NCBI GenBank assembly: GCA_021789155.1
Contig: JAJYJW010000002.1
Coordinates: 1-58,697, forward strand
Reading direction: 5' to 3'
DNA from: Candidatus Micrarchaeota archaeon
Lineage (GTDB): Archaea; Micrarchaeota; Micrarchaeia; Micrarchaeales; CABMGC01
DNA: 58,697 bases
In this document: positions 17,169 to 25,631 of the stretch, one piece after another
Position numbering within the stretch: position 1 is the stretch's first letter
How the letters are laid out: each line of letters starts with the position of its first letter
Notes under the pieces: model-generated
The model's input: the letters and a program-made list of their open reading frames with translations, nothing else
Told to the model about the DNA's origin: nothing
Database searches by the model: none
Program-made: the position numbers and the translations under genes

Positions 17169-17501
17169 GGGGCTTTTGGTGAAGGGGGCTGTATTGAACG
17201 CGAAAAGGGTTTATTTTTTGGCGTTTTTCTCAAGAGGTATATTTTCATAGCATTTTTCTGAAAAATGCATTTTCAATATCAAATAATTGAAAAAATAAAA
17301 AGGCACTAATTTTGTTTAGTTTTATCCTGGTATAAAACCAGATTCGCCGTTTTCGACGACAAAAAATTGCACGAAAAATAGCCTGTTTTTGCAGATAAAT
17401 TTTTCTATGGCTAAATACTCATTAAAAGAAAGGTATGCTTAAAACGCAAAATAAAGCAATACTAAAAGAATATTAGAAAAACTAACATTATATTAATTTC
17501 A

Positions 17502-17906
17502 CTATTGTATTGTTTGAGAAACATCAGTTACGTTTATTTTTCGCTCAGTTTTGCTGCATGTTTGATAAAAATACCAACTGAACCTAATTTTCTTAATGCT
17601 CTCCACATATCCTTCTTTCGGTATTATTTCTATATCTCTGCCTGAAGGACGTAGCGTTGCTATTAACAATTCGCTTTCTGGTTTTTTGCTTTCAGTATCT
17701 TCTCTGGAAAGATCGGCAAAAACCTTCACTTCTTTTCTGTTACGCAGAAGGTTTGTCTTAACCCTTAAGCTTGATATAAACTCCTTGCCATCTACGGTAA
17801 CGTGCTCTTTGCAGTTGCCTAGTTCTTTGCTTATCTGCTCTGCTACCTGCTTCATGAGCTTTTTCGATGGCACATCCCAATTGGAAAATTGGACTTCGTT
17901 TGACAT
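17502..17906 (-). CDS. hypothetical protein (ORFan), last gene of a 7-gene minus-strand run
   Basis: 134-aa charged ORF; the antisense ORF is Ser/Leu-rich. Confidence 0.5.
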   Translation of the reverse strand: MSNEVQFSNWDVPSKKLMKQVAEQISKELGNCKEHVTVDGKEFISSLRVKTNLLRNRKEVKVFADLSREDTESKKPESELLIATLRPSGRDIEIIPKEGYVESIKKIRFSWYFYQTCSKTERKINVTDVSQTIQ

Positions 17907-18019
17907 AATGACCTTTTAAAAGAACACGTGGGATATTTATAAACTTTAACTGATGTTTGTTTTCAAGTAGGAGTATTCGCACATGCAATACTAAAATACT
18001 ATTAGAAATTCTAATATTA

Positions 18020-18553
18020 TTAGAGTTTCATTTGTTTTTCATCCTGTGAAGCTGCTAATTCGTCAACTTCCTTTCGCAGTAAATCAACGAACGTACCTTG
18101 TAGTATTATCTTCTGCTCCTGCTTCTTGTACTGCGTTACAATATCCTCAAACTTCTTAGCTTCAGCATGATTCGCATCTGTGCGATCGTATATTTGGCTG
18201 TCTATCTTGATTCCGTAAATGGTGTTCTTGACTATCTTCATCGATGCACATCTGTTGATGATATTTTGATCCATTTTTATTAGATATCGTTGTGCTTCTT
18301 TCTTTAGTTCATTCAACGCAGAACGTTCCGTAAAGTTCCTCATAGCACATACTATGTCGCTTACCTTAAGCCTGTTTTCCTCAAAAGCCACACCTGCAGC
18401 ATTCGTGTAGTCTAAAATTCTCTTCTGAATAGTCACTATCTTTCCCAAAGCGTTATCGTCAGATGCAATATGTGCATTTGCATTTGAAACGACCTGTGGT
18501 GCAATAGAGCTTACGCTAGCCTTTTCAATTGATAATCCCATTTCCCCATCCAA
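18020..18553 (-). CDS. hypothetical protein (ORFan)
   Basis: 177-aa ORF; the C-terminal part looks coiled-coil-like (KKFEDIVTQYKKQEQKIILQGTFVDLLRKEVDELAASQDEKQ). Confidence 0.5.
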   Translation of the reverse strand: MDGEMGLSIEKASVSSIAPQVVSNANAHIASDDNALGKIVTIQKRILDYTNAAGVAFEENRLKVSDIVCAMRNFTERSALNELKKEAQRYLIKMDQNIINRCASMKIVKNTIYGIKIDSQIYDRTDANHAEAKKFEDIVTQYKKQEQKIILQGTFVDLLRKEVDELAASQDEKQMKL

Positions 18554-18656
18554 AGATTATTTTGCAGTTTCTCCTATTTAATCCTTCAGATGATATTCTT
18601 ACGAATAAAAGCATATTACTAAAAGATCATTAAACTGCAATGAAAAGCATTCGAAC

Positions 18657-18887
18657 TCAAGCAATGGTTGTGCGTCTAATTTGCCTTGCAGAAAACGCTT
18701 CCCTATGCGTTTCATTTACTGATCTAAACCAGAACTCTGCCTCGAAAATGTTTTTGTTGTCCTTATGGGAATCGCCGGTTACTGGATACTTTTCATTGGC
18801 TATCTTAGCGAGCAATTTGTCAGAAATAGATTCTGTTTTTCCGCTTACCCAAGAATCAAAGATTAACTGCTCCTCTTTAGTTACCAT
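18657..18887 (-). CDS. hypothetical small protein (76 aa)
   Basis: The minus-strand frame is charged and protein-like. The overlapping plus-strand ORF 18640-18915 is Ser/Leu/Cys-rich, so the minus strand is preferred on composition and co-orientation. Confidence 0.35.
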   Translation of the reverse strand: MVTKEEQLIFDSWVSGKTESISDKLLAKIANEKYPVTGDSHKDNKNIFEAEFWFRSVNETHREAFSARQIRRTTIA

Positions 18888-18941
18888 GAAAACATCATCA
18901 TTAATTGAATTTTGATGTTTTTAGGCTTTATGTGCTGAACC

Positions 18942-19358
18942 TTAGCGAAATACTTTCTTATACCACGGGGTTGCTTCCTCTTTTCTCATCTTTTCCCTTA
19001 ATTTCTCCAGTGCTTCTTGGCGTCTGTGTCTCCAGAATTCTGCTTCTTTTCTGGATGCTGCAGTCATATTTTCAAAGTTATTAGATGAACTTGTCTCTGT
19101 CTTTAAAACAGCATTTAAATCGGGATTGCTCAAACTTTCTGCACATATCTCAGAATGGACGTACAATTCCGCATTTGGTTTGTATCTCTCGTAGAAGAAG
19201 TTAAATTTGTTAAGATTTTCTAGAAGAATTCCTTCTACTTTAGTTTCTTGCTTCGGATTTAAGTTTCCCCCGCAAAACTCGCATTTGAAATTAGAAACCA
19301 TAGTGCCATTCATTTGTATCCTAACTTCCTTTGTGTTTGACATGTAATAATCGCTCAA
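18942..19358 (-). CDS. hypothetical protein with possible zinc-binding CxxC...HxxxC and basic tail
   Basis: KCEFCGGNL ... HSEICAE; C-terminus RKEAEFWRHRRQEALEKLREKMRKEE. Confidence 0.5.
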   Translation of the reverse strand: MSDYYMSNTKEVRIQMNGTMVSNFKCEFCGGNLNPKQETKVEGILLENLNKFNFFYERYKPNAELYVHSEICAESLSNPDLNAVLKTETSSSNNFENMTAASRKEAEFWRHRRQEALEKLREKMRKEEATPWYKKVFR

Positions 19359-19405
19359 TTTTTATTTATAAACAAGATTGCCTTTTCGTATTTGCTCAAA
19401 AAGCG

Positions 19406-19840
19406 TCAGAATTTGCCGCTTCTCAAAAGCTCCTTTTCCATGTCGCTTATTTCAGGGCTTACTGTCAAGAGCAGTGGGTTTGCTTTCATCGGAAGTCTTT
19501 TCGCTTGGAAATCCTTTAAATAGATTAAGTATTTTGATGCCTCCTGATGCACGTAACCCTTGAATTTAGGTGCGTCTCTGCGTATTATTGCCAGGTCAAA
19601 CGGATCAATAGATGGTTTTACCACAGCTTGTATCTCAACGTTCTTGTTCTCATCCACAGAATAATCGATTATTTCGAATCCGCACGCTTTTAGGCATAGC
19701 ACTGCGTTCGTCACTTTTACCTGATGGAATGGGTTTATGCCTTCGATATGGTTTATCGTTTCCTTCTTGGCATGCTCTAGTATTGGTGCCTGTTGTATGG
19801 CTTGATATGCGCCAAATGGAACCTGGGTGGATCCTGACAT
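19406..19840 (-). CDS. hypothetical protein (ORFan)
   Basis: 144-aa ORF, co-directional, 47-nt gap to the next gene. Confidence 0.5.
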   Translation of the reverse strand: MSGSTQVPFGAYQAIQQAPILEHAKKETINHIEGINPFHQVKVTNAVLCLKACGFEIIDYSVDENKNVEIQAVVKPSIDPFDLAIIRRDAPKFKGYVHQEASKYLIYLKDFQAKRLPMKANPLLLTVSPEISDMEKELLRSGKF

Positions 19841-19874
19841 AATATCACTTTATCTAATAGAACTTTAAATGTTC

Positions 19875-20912
19875 TCAGTATGCCTGGTTATCAATAGCTA
19901 TGCCGAAATTCGGGCTTCTTAGCGCCTTTGCAAGATCTATAAACGTTTCAAGCAGTTTCTTCATTTCTGTTGCATACGCGTTGGTAAATAGTTCGTCGCC
20001 CCGAAGTGGCTCTGATGGATCAAAAATATATACCTTTGGCGCGAGCGCCGTTTTTTCATCTTTTTGGTCAGATTCGTTCAAACACACAAGCACAAAATTA
20101 TGCAAGAATACTCTTCTACCAGAGATTTGATTACGCTCGTTTCTAATTTCTATGAATTTTATGAAGAAGTCATTATGGGTTATCCCGTTTTCGTGCAAGG
20201 TATTGAATATACGGGATATTTCATTCATGGTCCAAAATGCAAATTCGAGATCTTCTTGCTTTAGAAAGAAAGATATGTTTGCTTTGTTAGTTGGGATAAT
20301 CTCCATCACATACGCTACAAATTTTTCTCTGCCAGCATCATCTAATTTTGATATTATCCCATTGATCTTCGGTACGTTATCCGGAAGTACATCCTGCATG
20401 TTCAAGTGTATGCTTAGTTCTTCGTTAAACGAATCAGAATATAACGAGTTTGTTCTATTCTTGAAATAGTTTTGTGCAGATGCTAAATTGTTTCCCGCAT
20501 TCTTAAAGAATAGCTTATCCACATCTAGGCCACTTTTCTCTAGTTGCTTAAGGAGTTCGTTTATATTGTCCTCTTCGGACTTATTCGAGTCAATTCTTAT
20601 TATTAGAGGGAGCGTATTGCTTTTTCTTCCTTCCTTACTTACGTCGGAAGTTCTCGAGTAGACTGCAGAAATCTCATCCAGTATCTTTAAAAGATTGGCA
20701 TCGCCGGTTAAGCTGAGATTTAATGAGATTAGTTTCAATTCGCTGCTTATTTTATCGGCAAACTCTGCCGCGTTTGGGTTGTACTCGTTCGGATTTGCAG
20801 TGGAATTTTGCAAAGTGTTATATTCCTCCTTTACGTCGTCTAATCTCTCTAAAATTTTCAAAGCATTATGGTATGCCGTAGTTTTATCGAAATACTGCTG
20901 CAAGAAATCCAC
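19875..20912 (-). CDS. hypothetical protein with weak kinase-like C-terminal motif
   Basis: 345 aa; LHENGITHNDFFIKFIEI ... KVYIFDPSE faintly resembles the catalytic-loop HxD and metal-binding D of protein-kinase-like folds, but the conserved Asn is absent. Confidence 0.55.
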   Translation of the reverse strand: MDFLQQYFDKTTAYHNALKILERLDDVKEEYNTLQNSTANPNEYNPNAAEFADKISSELKLISLNLSLTGDANLLKILDEISAVYSRTSDVSKEGRKSNTLPLIIRIDSNKSEEDNINELLKQLEKSGLDVDKLFFKNAGNNLASAQNYFKNRTNSLYSDSFNEELSIHLNMQDVLPDNVPKINGIISKLDDAGREKFVAYVMEIIPTNKANISFFLKQEDLEFAFWTMNEISRIFNTLHENGITHNDFFIKFIEIRNERNQISGRRVFLHNFVLVCLNESDQKDEKTALAPKVYIFDPSEPLRGDELFTNAYATEMKKLLETFIDLAKALRSPNFGIAIDNQAY

Positions 20913-20993
20913 TCTTTACGGTATAAATAGGATTTGAGTAGTTAATAAAGCAAATTATATGTATGTTTATTTGCTTCTTGGTTGTTTGCAGAT

Positions 20994-21317
20994 TTATAAC
21001 CTATCGACTACTTTTTCAAACTTTTTATAGTCATAGTTCAAGTTTCTTAGGACTTTTAGAGTTTCTTCAACTCCCCCTAGTTTTTCAAACCAGCCATTGA
21101 CTTTTTGTCTATAGTCTGTTTCACTATTTCCGTTAGGTTTGAATGCATTGTAAATGCCCAATACTTCTCTGCGTACTCCAATTTTGTCGGCATTTTCCAA
21201 TATAGTGCCGAAGTCTTGCTGCGTCTGGGTGCCGTTTCTCAATGTTTTATATATTGCTGCGTAATGCTCATCGCTTCTGTATATTGGCTGATGAGTTGAA
21301 ACTTCTTTAACTGCCAT
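20994..21317 (-). CDS. hypothetical protein (ORFan), first gene of the minus-strand run
   Basis: 107-aa charged ORF; divergent from 21445-22158. Confidence 0.5.
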   Translation of the reverse strand: MAVKEVSTHQPIYRSDEHYAAIYKTLRNGTQTQQDFGTILENADKIGVRREVLGIYNAFKPNGNSETDYRQKVNGWFEKLGGVEETLKVLRNLNYDYKKFEKVVDRL

Positions 21318-21444
21318 GCGTATTATGCTGTTGTTATGATATTTAAGGTTTTTTATTTAAAAATAAGCACTCATGTAATTACAAAGATTCATAAATTGCT
21401 CTTTCCAAGAAGTAAACGTAAACCGGTCAGTATGGTGTGCTAAA

Positions 21445-22158
21445 ATGGAGCAACAGTTCCTCGCAATGCTCTCTGTTTTCGTGTTCGCTTTTATAGTATT
21501 TGCTGGAAGCGATACGACCATACAAGCAACTGCAAACATAGTTTGCCCGTTTTCATTGTCTTCAAGCAATCAGCCCGCGTATGTTGTGGGAAACGAAGTT
21601 ACTGTTACATACACTACGAACTCGCTTACATGCTCCATATCTGGTGCAAGCGCGTTGCTTCAGGTTAGCGAGCATGGAACTGCGAATGTCATATATGAGG
21701 CTAGCAAAGGCAACGTAATCATTAACAATTCTCTGCAAAGCAACTCATTCACTTTCACCACTTCCAATTTCCTAAACGTGAGATACGATGCTAAGATAAC
21801 GATTTCTCCGATGAATGGCGTTCTTGCACCGCATTCGCAGCAAACTCTCAACGTAACAGTATATGCGTACCCTGATTCTGAAGTAGGGCAATATTGGAAA
21901 GACATAATATCCGTTATAGAAACCCCACCTTCATCGCAGACTGGCGGTGCAAGCATTCAGACAGGAGTTGCGAAGATAATGGATATTAACATAGTAAATG
22001 CGAAGATGAACGACCTTGACGTTTCTATCGTGCTTGCAGTTATGTTCATATTGATAGTGGGAATATACTACTTCTTAACTGCTAGGAAATCGCAAGATGC
22101 TAATTCCGCGGAAAAAACGCCAGAAACGCAAAATTCCAAACCAAGAAAGGTAAAATAG
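21445..22158 (+). CDS. secreted/cell-surface protein with C-terminal membrane anchor
   Basis: N-terminal signal-like segment (LAMLSVFVFAFIVFAGS), Thr/Ser/Asn-rich beta-type body, C-terminal TM (VSIVLAVMFILIVGIYYFL) and basic tail. Confidence 0.55.
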   Translation: MEQQFLAMLSVFVFAFIVFAGSDTTIQATANIVCPFSLSSSNQPAYVVGNEVTVTYTTNSLTCSISGASALLQVSEHGTANVIYEASKGNVIINNSLQSNSFTFTTSNFLNVRYDAKITISPMNGVLAPHSQQTLNVTVYAYPDSEVGQYWKDIISVIETPPSSQTGGASIQTGVAKIMDINIVNAKMNDLDVSIVLAVMFILIVGIYYFLTARKSQDANSAEKTPETQNSKPRKVK

Positions 22159-22229
22159 CTAGAAGTATGCATTACTCGTTTTTCGGGAATAGCACCCTTT
22201 TTATATTTCTAGTTCGTTGCATATAACAG

Positions 22230-23942
22230 GTGTTTGGGATTTATGCAAGGAAGAGCACTGACGTGCTGATAATAGGTGCTGGTGGAGCAGGAATGCGTGC
22301 TGCGATAGCAGCGTATGACGCTGGCTCGTCAGTCACCATCGTATCAAAGTCGATTCTGGGAAAAGCGCATACTGTAATGGCCGAAGGTGGCATTGCAGCA
22401 TCTGTAGCTAACGTGGATTCTAAGGACAATTGGCAAACCCACTTTTCAGATACTTACGTTGAAGGCGGAGACATATCCAATTGGAAAATGGCAGAAATAC
22501 TCGCAAAGGAAGCACCAGAACGGGTCTATGAGCTTGAATCTTACGGTGCAATATTCGATAGAACCCCAGAAGGGAAGATAATGCAAAGGGCATTCGGCGG
22601 ACATACCTATAGAAGGCTGTGCCATGTTGGGGACAAGACTGGTTTGGAGCTTATGCGCACCCTAGAAGACCAGCTGCTTCACAGAAAAATTGATGTTATA
22701 GACGAATTTTACGTCACCAAACTCATTGTTGATTCGGAAGGAAAGGTTGCGGGTGCATTCGGAATCAGACTATCAAACGGCGAATTCGTAGCAATAGACG
22801 CTAAAACAGTGATAATCGCAACTGGGGGCTGCGGAAGAGTGTACAGAGTCACTTCCAATTCATGGGAATCAACTGGCGACGGAATAGGGCTCGCATATGA
22901 CATTGGAGCGGAACTCATGGACATGGAAATGATCCAATTCCATCCTACAGGCATGGTATATCCTCCAGGAGTAGAAGGCATACTCGTAACTGAAGGAGTG
23001 CGAGGGGAGGGTGGCATTCTTCTCAATTCCAAGCATGAGAGGTTCATGCTCAAATATTCGCCAAAACGCAAGGAGCTCGACACTCGGGATGTTGTCGCAA
23101 GGTCGATATACGCCGAGATACAGAAAGGCAATGGCACTGAACACGGTGGAGTTTACCTTGACATATCCTACATGGGAAAGAGCTTCATATTGAGCAAACT
23201 TCCCGCAATGTACTCCCAATTCCTCAAGTTTGCGAATGTTGACATAACGAAACAGCCTATGGAAGTGGCACCCACGGTGCATTATCAAATGGGTGGGATA
23301 AGGGTAGATCCCGAAACCGGGGCTGCAAGCGTTAAGGGACTGTTCGCTGCAGGTGAATGTACTTCTGGGCTGCATGGCGCAAACAGGCTGGGAGGAAATT
23401 CACTAGCAGACATATTGGTATTCGGAAAAAGAGCAGGAACTGCAGCAGGAAAATACGCGAAAGCAGCGAAATCGGCGAAAATCGCAGATTCCATATATTC
23501 GGCAGAAGAGAGGAGGGTATCATCATTCCTCAATGAAAAAGGGGAAAATCCATACTACGTAATAAACGATCTTCGCGATTCAATGTCAAATCATGTGGGC
23601 ATAATTCGCAGTGAAACTGAACTTAATATTGCCCTTGAAAGCATACTTGCCTTCAAGAAGGAATACCTGAAAGTCGGGGTAAACGGAAAGCACGCATATA
23701 ACAAGGGACTTTTGGCATGCCTTGAACTCGGCAACATGCTGATAGCGTGCGAGGGCATCGTGAGAAGCGCATTGATGAGAAAGGAGAGTAGAGGTGCGCA
23801 TGCCAGATCTGATTTCCCGGAACGCAGCGAAAAATGGCATGTCAACATAATCTGCAGGCGTTCTTCCGGAAAGATGAAGCTTGATACGCGCGAGGTTCCG
23901 GAACTGCCTCAAAGGCTCGCCAAAATCATAAAAAGAGGCTAA
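22230..23942 (+). CDS. sdhA: succinate dehydrogenase/fumarate reductase flavoprotein subunit
   Basis: DVLIIGAGGAGMRAAIAA (FAD fold), KAHTVMAEGG (covalent-FAD His block), HPTG, GLFAAGECTSGLHGANRLGGNSL, RGAHAR. Confidence 0.9.
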   Translation: MFGIYARKSTDVLIIGAGGAGMRAAIAAYDAGSSVTIVSKSILGKAHTVMAEGGIAASVANVDSKDNWQTHFSDTYVEGGDISNWKMAEILAKEAPERVYELESYGAIFDRTPEGKIMQRAFGGHTYRRLCHVGDKTGLELMRTLEDQLLHRKIDVIDEFYVTKLIVDSEGKVAGAFGIRLSNGEFVAIDAKTVIIATGGCGRVYRVTSNSWESTGDGIGLAYDIGAELMDMEMIQFHPTGMVYPPGVEGILVTEGVRGEGGILLNSKHERFMLKYSPKRKELDTRDVVARSIYAEIQKGNGTEHGGVYLDISYMGKSFILSKLPAMYSQFLKFANVDITKQPMEVAPTVHYQMGGIRVDPETGAASVKGLFAAGECTSGLHGANRLGGNSLADILVFGKRAGTAAGKYAKAAKSAKIADSIYSAEERRVSSFLNEKGENPYYVINDLRDSMSNHVGIIRSETELNIALESILAFKKEYLKVGVNGKHAYNKGLLACLELGNMLIACEGIVRSALMRKESRGAHARSDFPERSEKWHVNIICRRSSGKMKLDTREVPELPQRLAKIIKRG

Positions 23943-23946
23943 GGAG

Positions 23947-24696
23947 ATGAAGAGCGTAAAGATAAGCGTGTATAGAGAGGATCCGACAACTGGCGAGAAA
24001 GGGCATTTTCAGGAGTTCGATGTGCCAGTGAAAGAGGGCATGGTGGTTCTTGACGCTATACGCTACATAGAAGAGAACCTAGATACCACTCTTTCCTCAA
24101 GGTGGAACTGCAAGGCTTCTCGCTGCGGATCGTGTGCTGCGGAGATAAACGGCAGGCCTGCGTTGATGTGCGGAACCAGGATAGATTCGCTTCATGGAAA
24201 CGTTAGGGTAGAACCTATGCGGGCGTTTCCGCTAATTAAGGATCTTGTTACAGATGTTTCGGAGAATTTCGAAATTGACAGGAGCATTCCTGCATACAAA
24301 CCAGAGAAGGGCACAAAAGCCCCATATGACATGAAGCAAATTGACATTGAGAAGACCAAGGAATTCAGAAAATGCATTGAATGCTTCCTGTGCATGGACG
24401 TATGCCATGTGATAAGAGCACATAAAAGCGGATATGTCGGACCAAGGCACGTGGTAAAAGCGGCATCGCTTGACATGCACCCGAAGGATACCCTCGACAG
24501 GTCATCGCACCTGAATCAAAAAGGCGGCCTGGGATTCTGCAACATAACAAAATGCTGCCAGGAGGTGTGCCCTGAAGGCATAAGGATAACAGATAATGCG
24601 ATTATTCCAGAAAAGGAACGCGCCGTAGATTCAACATACGACCCGCTGATGATGTTTGCAAAGAAGGTGAAAGAGGAAAATGAAGGCAAGAAATGA
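23947..24696 (+). CDS. sdhB: succinate dehydrogenase/fumarate reductase iron-sulfur subunit
   Basis: CKASRCGSCAAEINGRPALMC (2Fe-2S), CIECFLCMDVCH (4Fe-4S), CNITKCCQEVCPEGI (3Fe-4S). Confidence 0.9.
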   Translation: MKSVKISVYREDPTTGEKGHFQEFDVPVKEGMVVLDAIRYIEENLDTTLSSRWNCKASRCGSCAAEINGRPALMCGTRIDSLHGNVRVEPMRAFPLIKDLVTDVSENFEIDRSIPAYKPEKGTKAPYDMKQIDIEKTKEFRKCIECFLCMDVCHVIRAHKSGYVGPRHVVKAASLDMHPKDTLDRSSHLNQKGGLGFCNITKCCQEVCPEGIRITDNAIIPEKERAVDSTYDPLMMFAKKVKEENEGKK

Positions 24697-25402
24697 TTTC
24701 ATTGATAGGTTAACAGAGTACATACCTCCGGAATTCCTTGAGCCTAATTTGCGCATCTGGTCATTCCTCTTGCTGATAATACTCAGCGTTGCTGCACTTG
24801 TCTATTTTCCGGTAAACCCGATTGACGGGTACACTGATCCATTCTATTCGCCTACAATACTGCTCATACCTTTTGCAGGGATGTTCAGACTGACCTGTTA
24901 TGCATTCAGGAAGTATTACCACAGGCATTTGTTCAAGCATCCGTTGTCTTGCGGAATTTACGGAAGATTGGATGACTCAAAAAGGAAATACTCCGGGGAG
25001 ACCGGATTGCTAAGGGTGGAAAACCTTCACAGGTACTTCATGTACGCATCACTCCTCATTCTGCCATTCTTCTTCTACGACGTTTATATATCGCTTCTCT
25101 CACCTGCGGGATTGGTTATACGATTCGGAAGCGTTCTCCTGCTTGCGGATGCGCTTCTTGTTACATCATACCTTCTTTCATGCCATTCGGTTAGGCACCT
25201 GATTGGCGGAGGAGCGGATTGCTACAGCTGCGGATTGTTCCAAAGGAAGAAGCATGACGCATACTTGCTGCAGTCTTACATGAACGAACATCACGAACTT
25301 CTCGCGTGGTCAAGCCTGATACTGATAGTATTCGTAGATCTCTACCTTAGGGCTCTTACAGCGGGATGGCCGGTTGACTTTCGCATATTGATATTGCATT
25401 GA
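24680..25402 (+). CDS. putative SDH/FRD membrane anchor (single about-5-TM subunit)
   Basis: Overlaps the sdhB stop by 17 nt; about five hydrophobic segments with His residues near their ends (HRHLFKH, HRYFMY, SCHSVRH, EHHELLAW); assignment by context and topology only. Confidence 0.55.
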   Translation: MKARNDFIDRLTEYIPPEFLEPNLRIWSFLLLIILSVAALVYFPVNPIDGYTDPFYSPTILLIPFAGMFRLTCYAFRKYYHRHLFKHPLSCGIYGRLDDSKRKYSGETGLLRVENLHRYFMYASLLILPFFFYDVYISLLSPAGLVIRFGSVLLLADALLVTSYLLSCHSVRHLIGGGADCYSCGLFQRKKHDAYLLQSYMNEHHELLAWSSLILIVFVDLYLRALTAGWPVDFRILILH

Positions 25403-25409
25403 TGATAGA

Positions 25410-25580
25410 ATGAGTAATTTGTTGCAGACCAAGTACAGATACCATGTGTTTTTCGTTGGCGTATTCCTAATGACAATATCTGGATTTCTGTACAAATACT
25501 CAATTCTCAGTGCGGATCTTGCTGCTGCGTCTGTAGTGCTTGGATTTTTGATTTTCGTCGCATCGATAGCGATTCCCTGA
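25410..25580 (+). CDS. small two-TM membrane protein (56 aa), possible extra SDH anchor subunit
   Basis: ATG 25410 (7 nt after the previous stop) to TGA 25578-25580: MSNLLQTKYRYHVFFVGVFLMTISGFLYKYSILSADLAAASVVLGFLIFVASIAIP; not in ORF track (<60 aa). Confidence 0.35.
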   Translation: MSNLLQTKYRYHVFFVGVFLMTISGFLYKYSILSADLAAASVVLGFLIFVASIAIP

Positions 25581-25631
25581 CTAAACGAATACGAAATAAT
25601 ATTTTTAGCTAGTAAAATTGAACCTTCTCCC

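Noticed and set aside
17318-17346. Third copy of the paralogue promoter motif (ggtataaaaccagattcgcc versus tttataccagattcgtgcc at 3816-3833)
   Set aside because: Only the ccagattcg 9-mer plus a nearby tata are shared. No ORF follows on the plus strand. This is probably chance similarity in AT-rich DNA.
16985-17501. Replication origin in the long AT-rich spacer
   Set aside because: There is no adjacent orc1/cdc6 gene. I could find no set of repeated ORB-like boxes, only isolated palindromes. It is kept as a generic unexplained-spacer finding, not as an origin call.
18640-18915. 91-aa plus-strand ORF competing with the 76-aa minus-strand ORF
   Set aside because: The plus frame is Ser/Leu/Cys-rich and runs against the orientation of the six surrounding co-directional genes. 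The minus frame is charged and protein-like. Confidence in either frame is modest.
13162-21317. Integrated provirus or plasmid explaining the ORFan islands
   Set aside because: - No integrase, capsid, terminase, primase/helicase or partition gene was recognised.
- The only flanking repeat (8830/13162) brackets the conserved-gene block, not the ORFans.
- None of the three tRNA genes is flanked by a partial duplicate that I could see.
- This cannot be excluded without homology searches.
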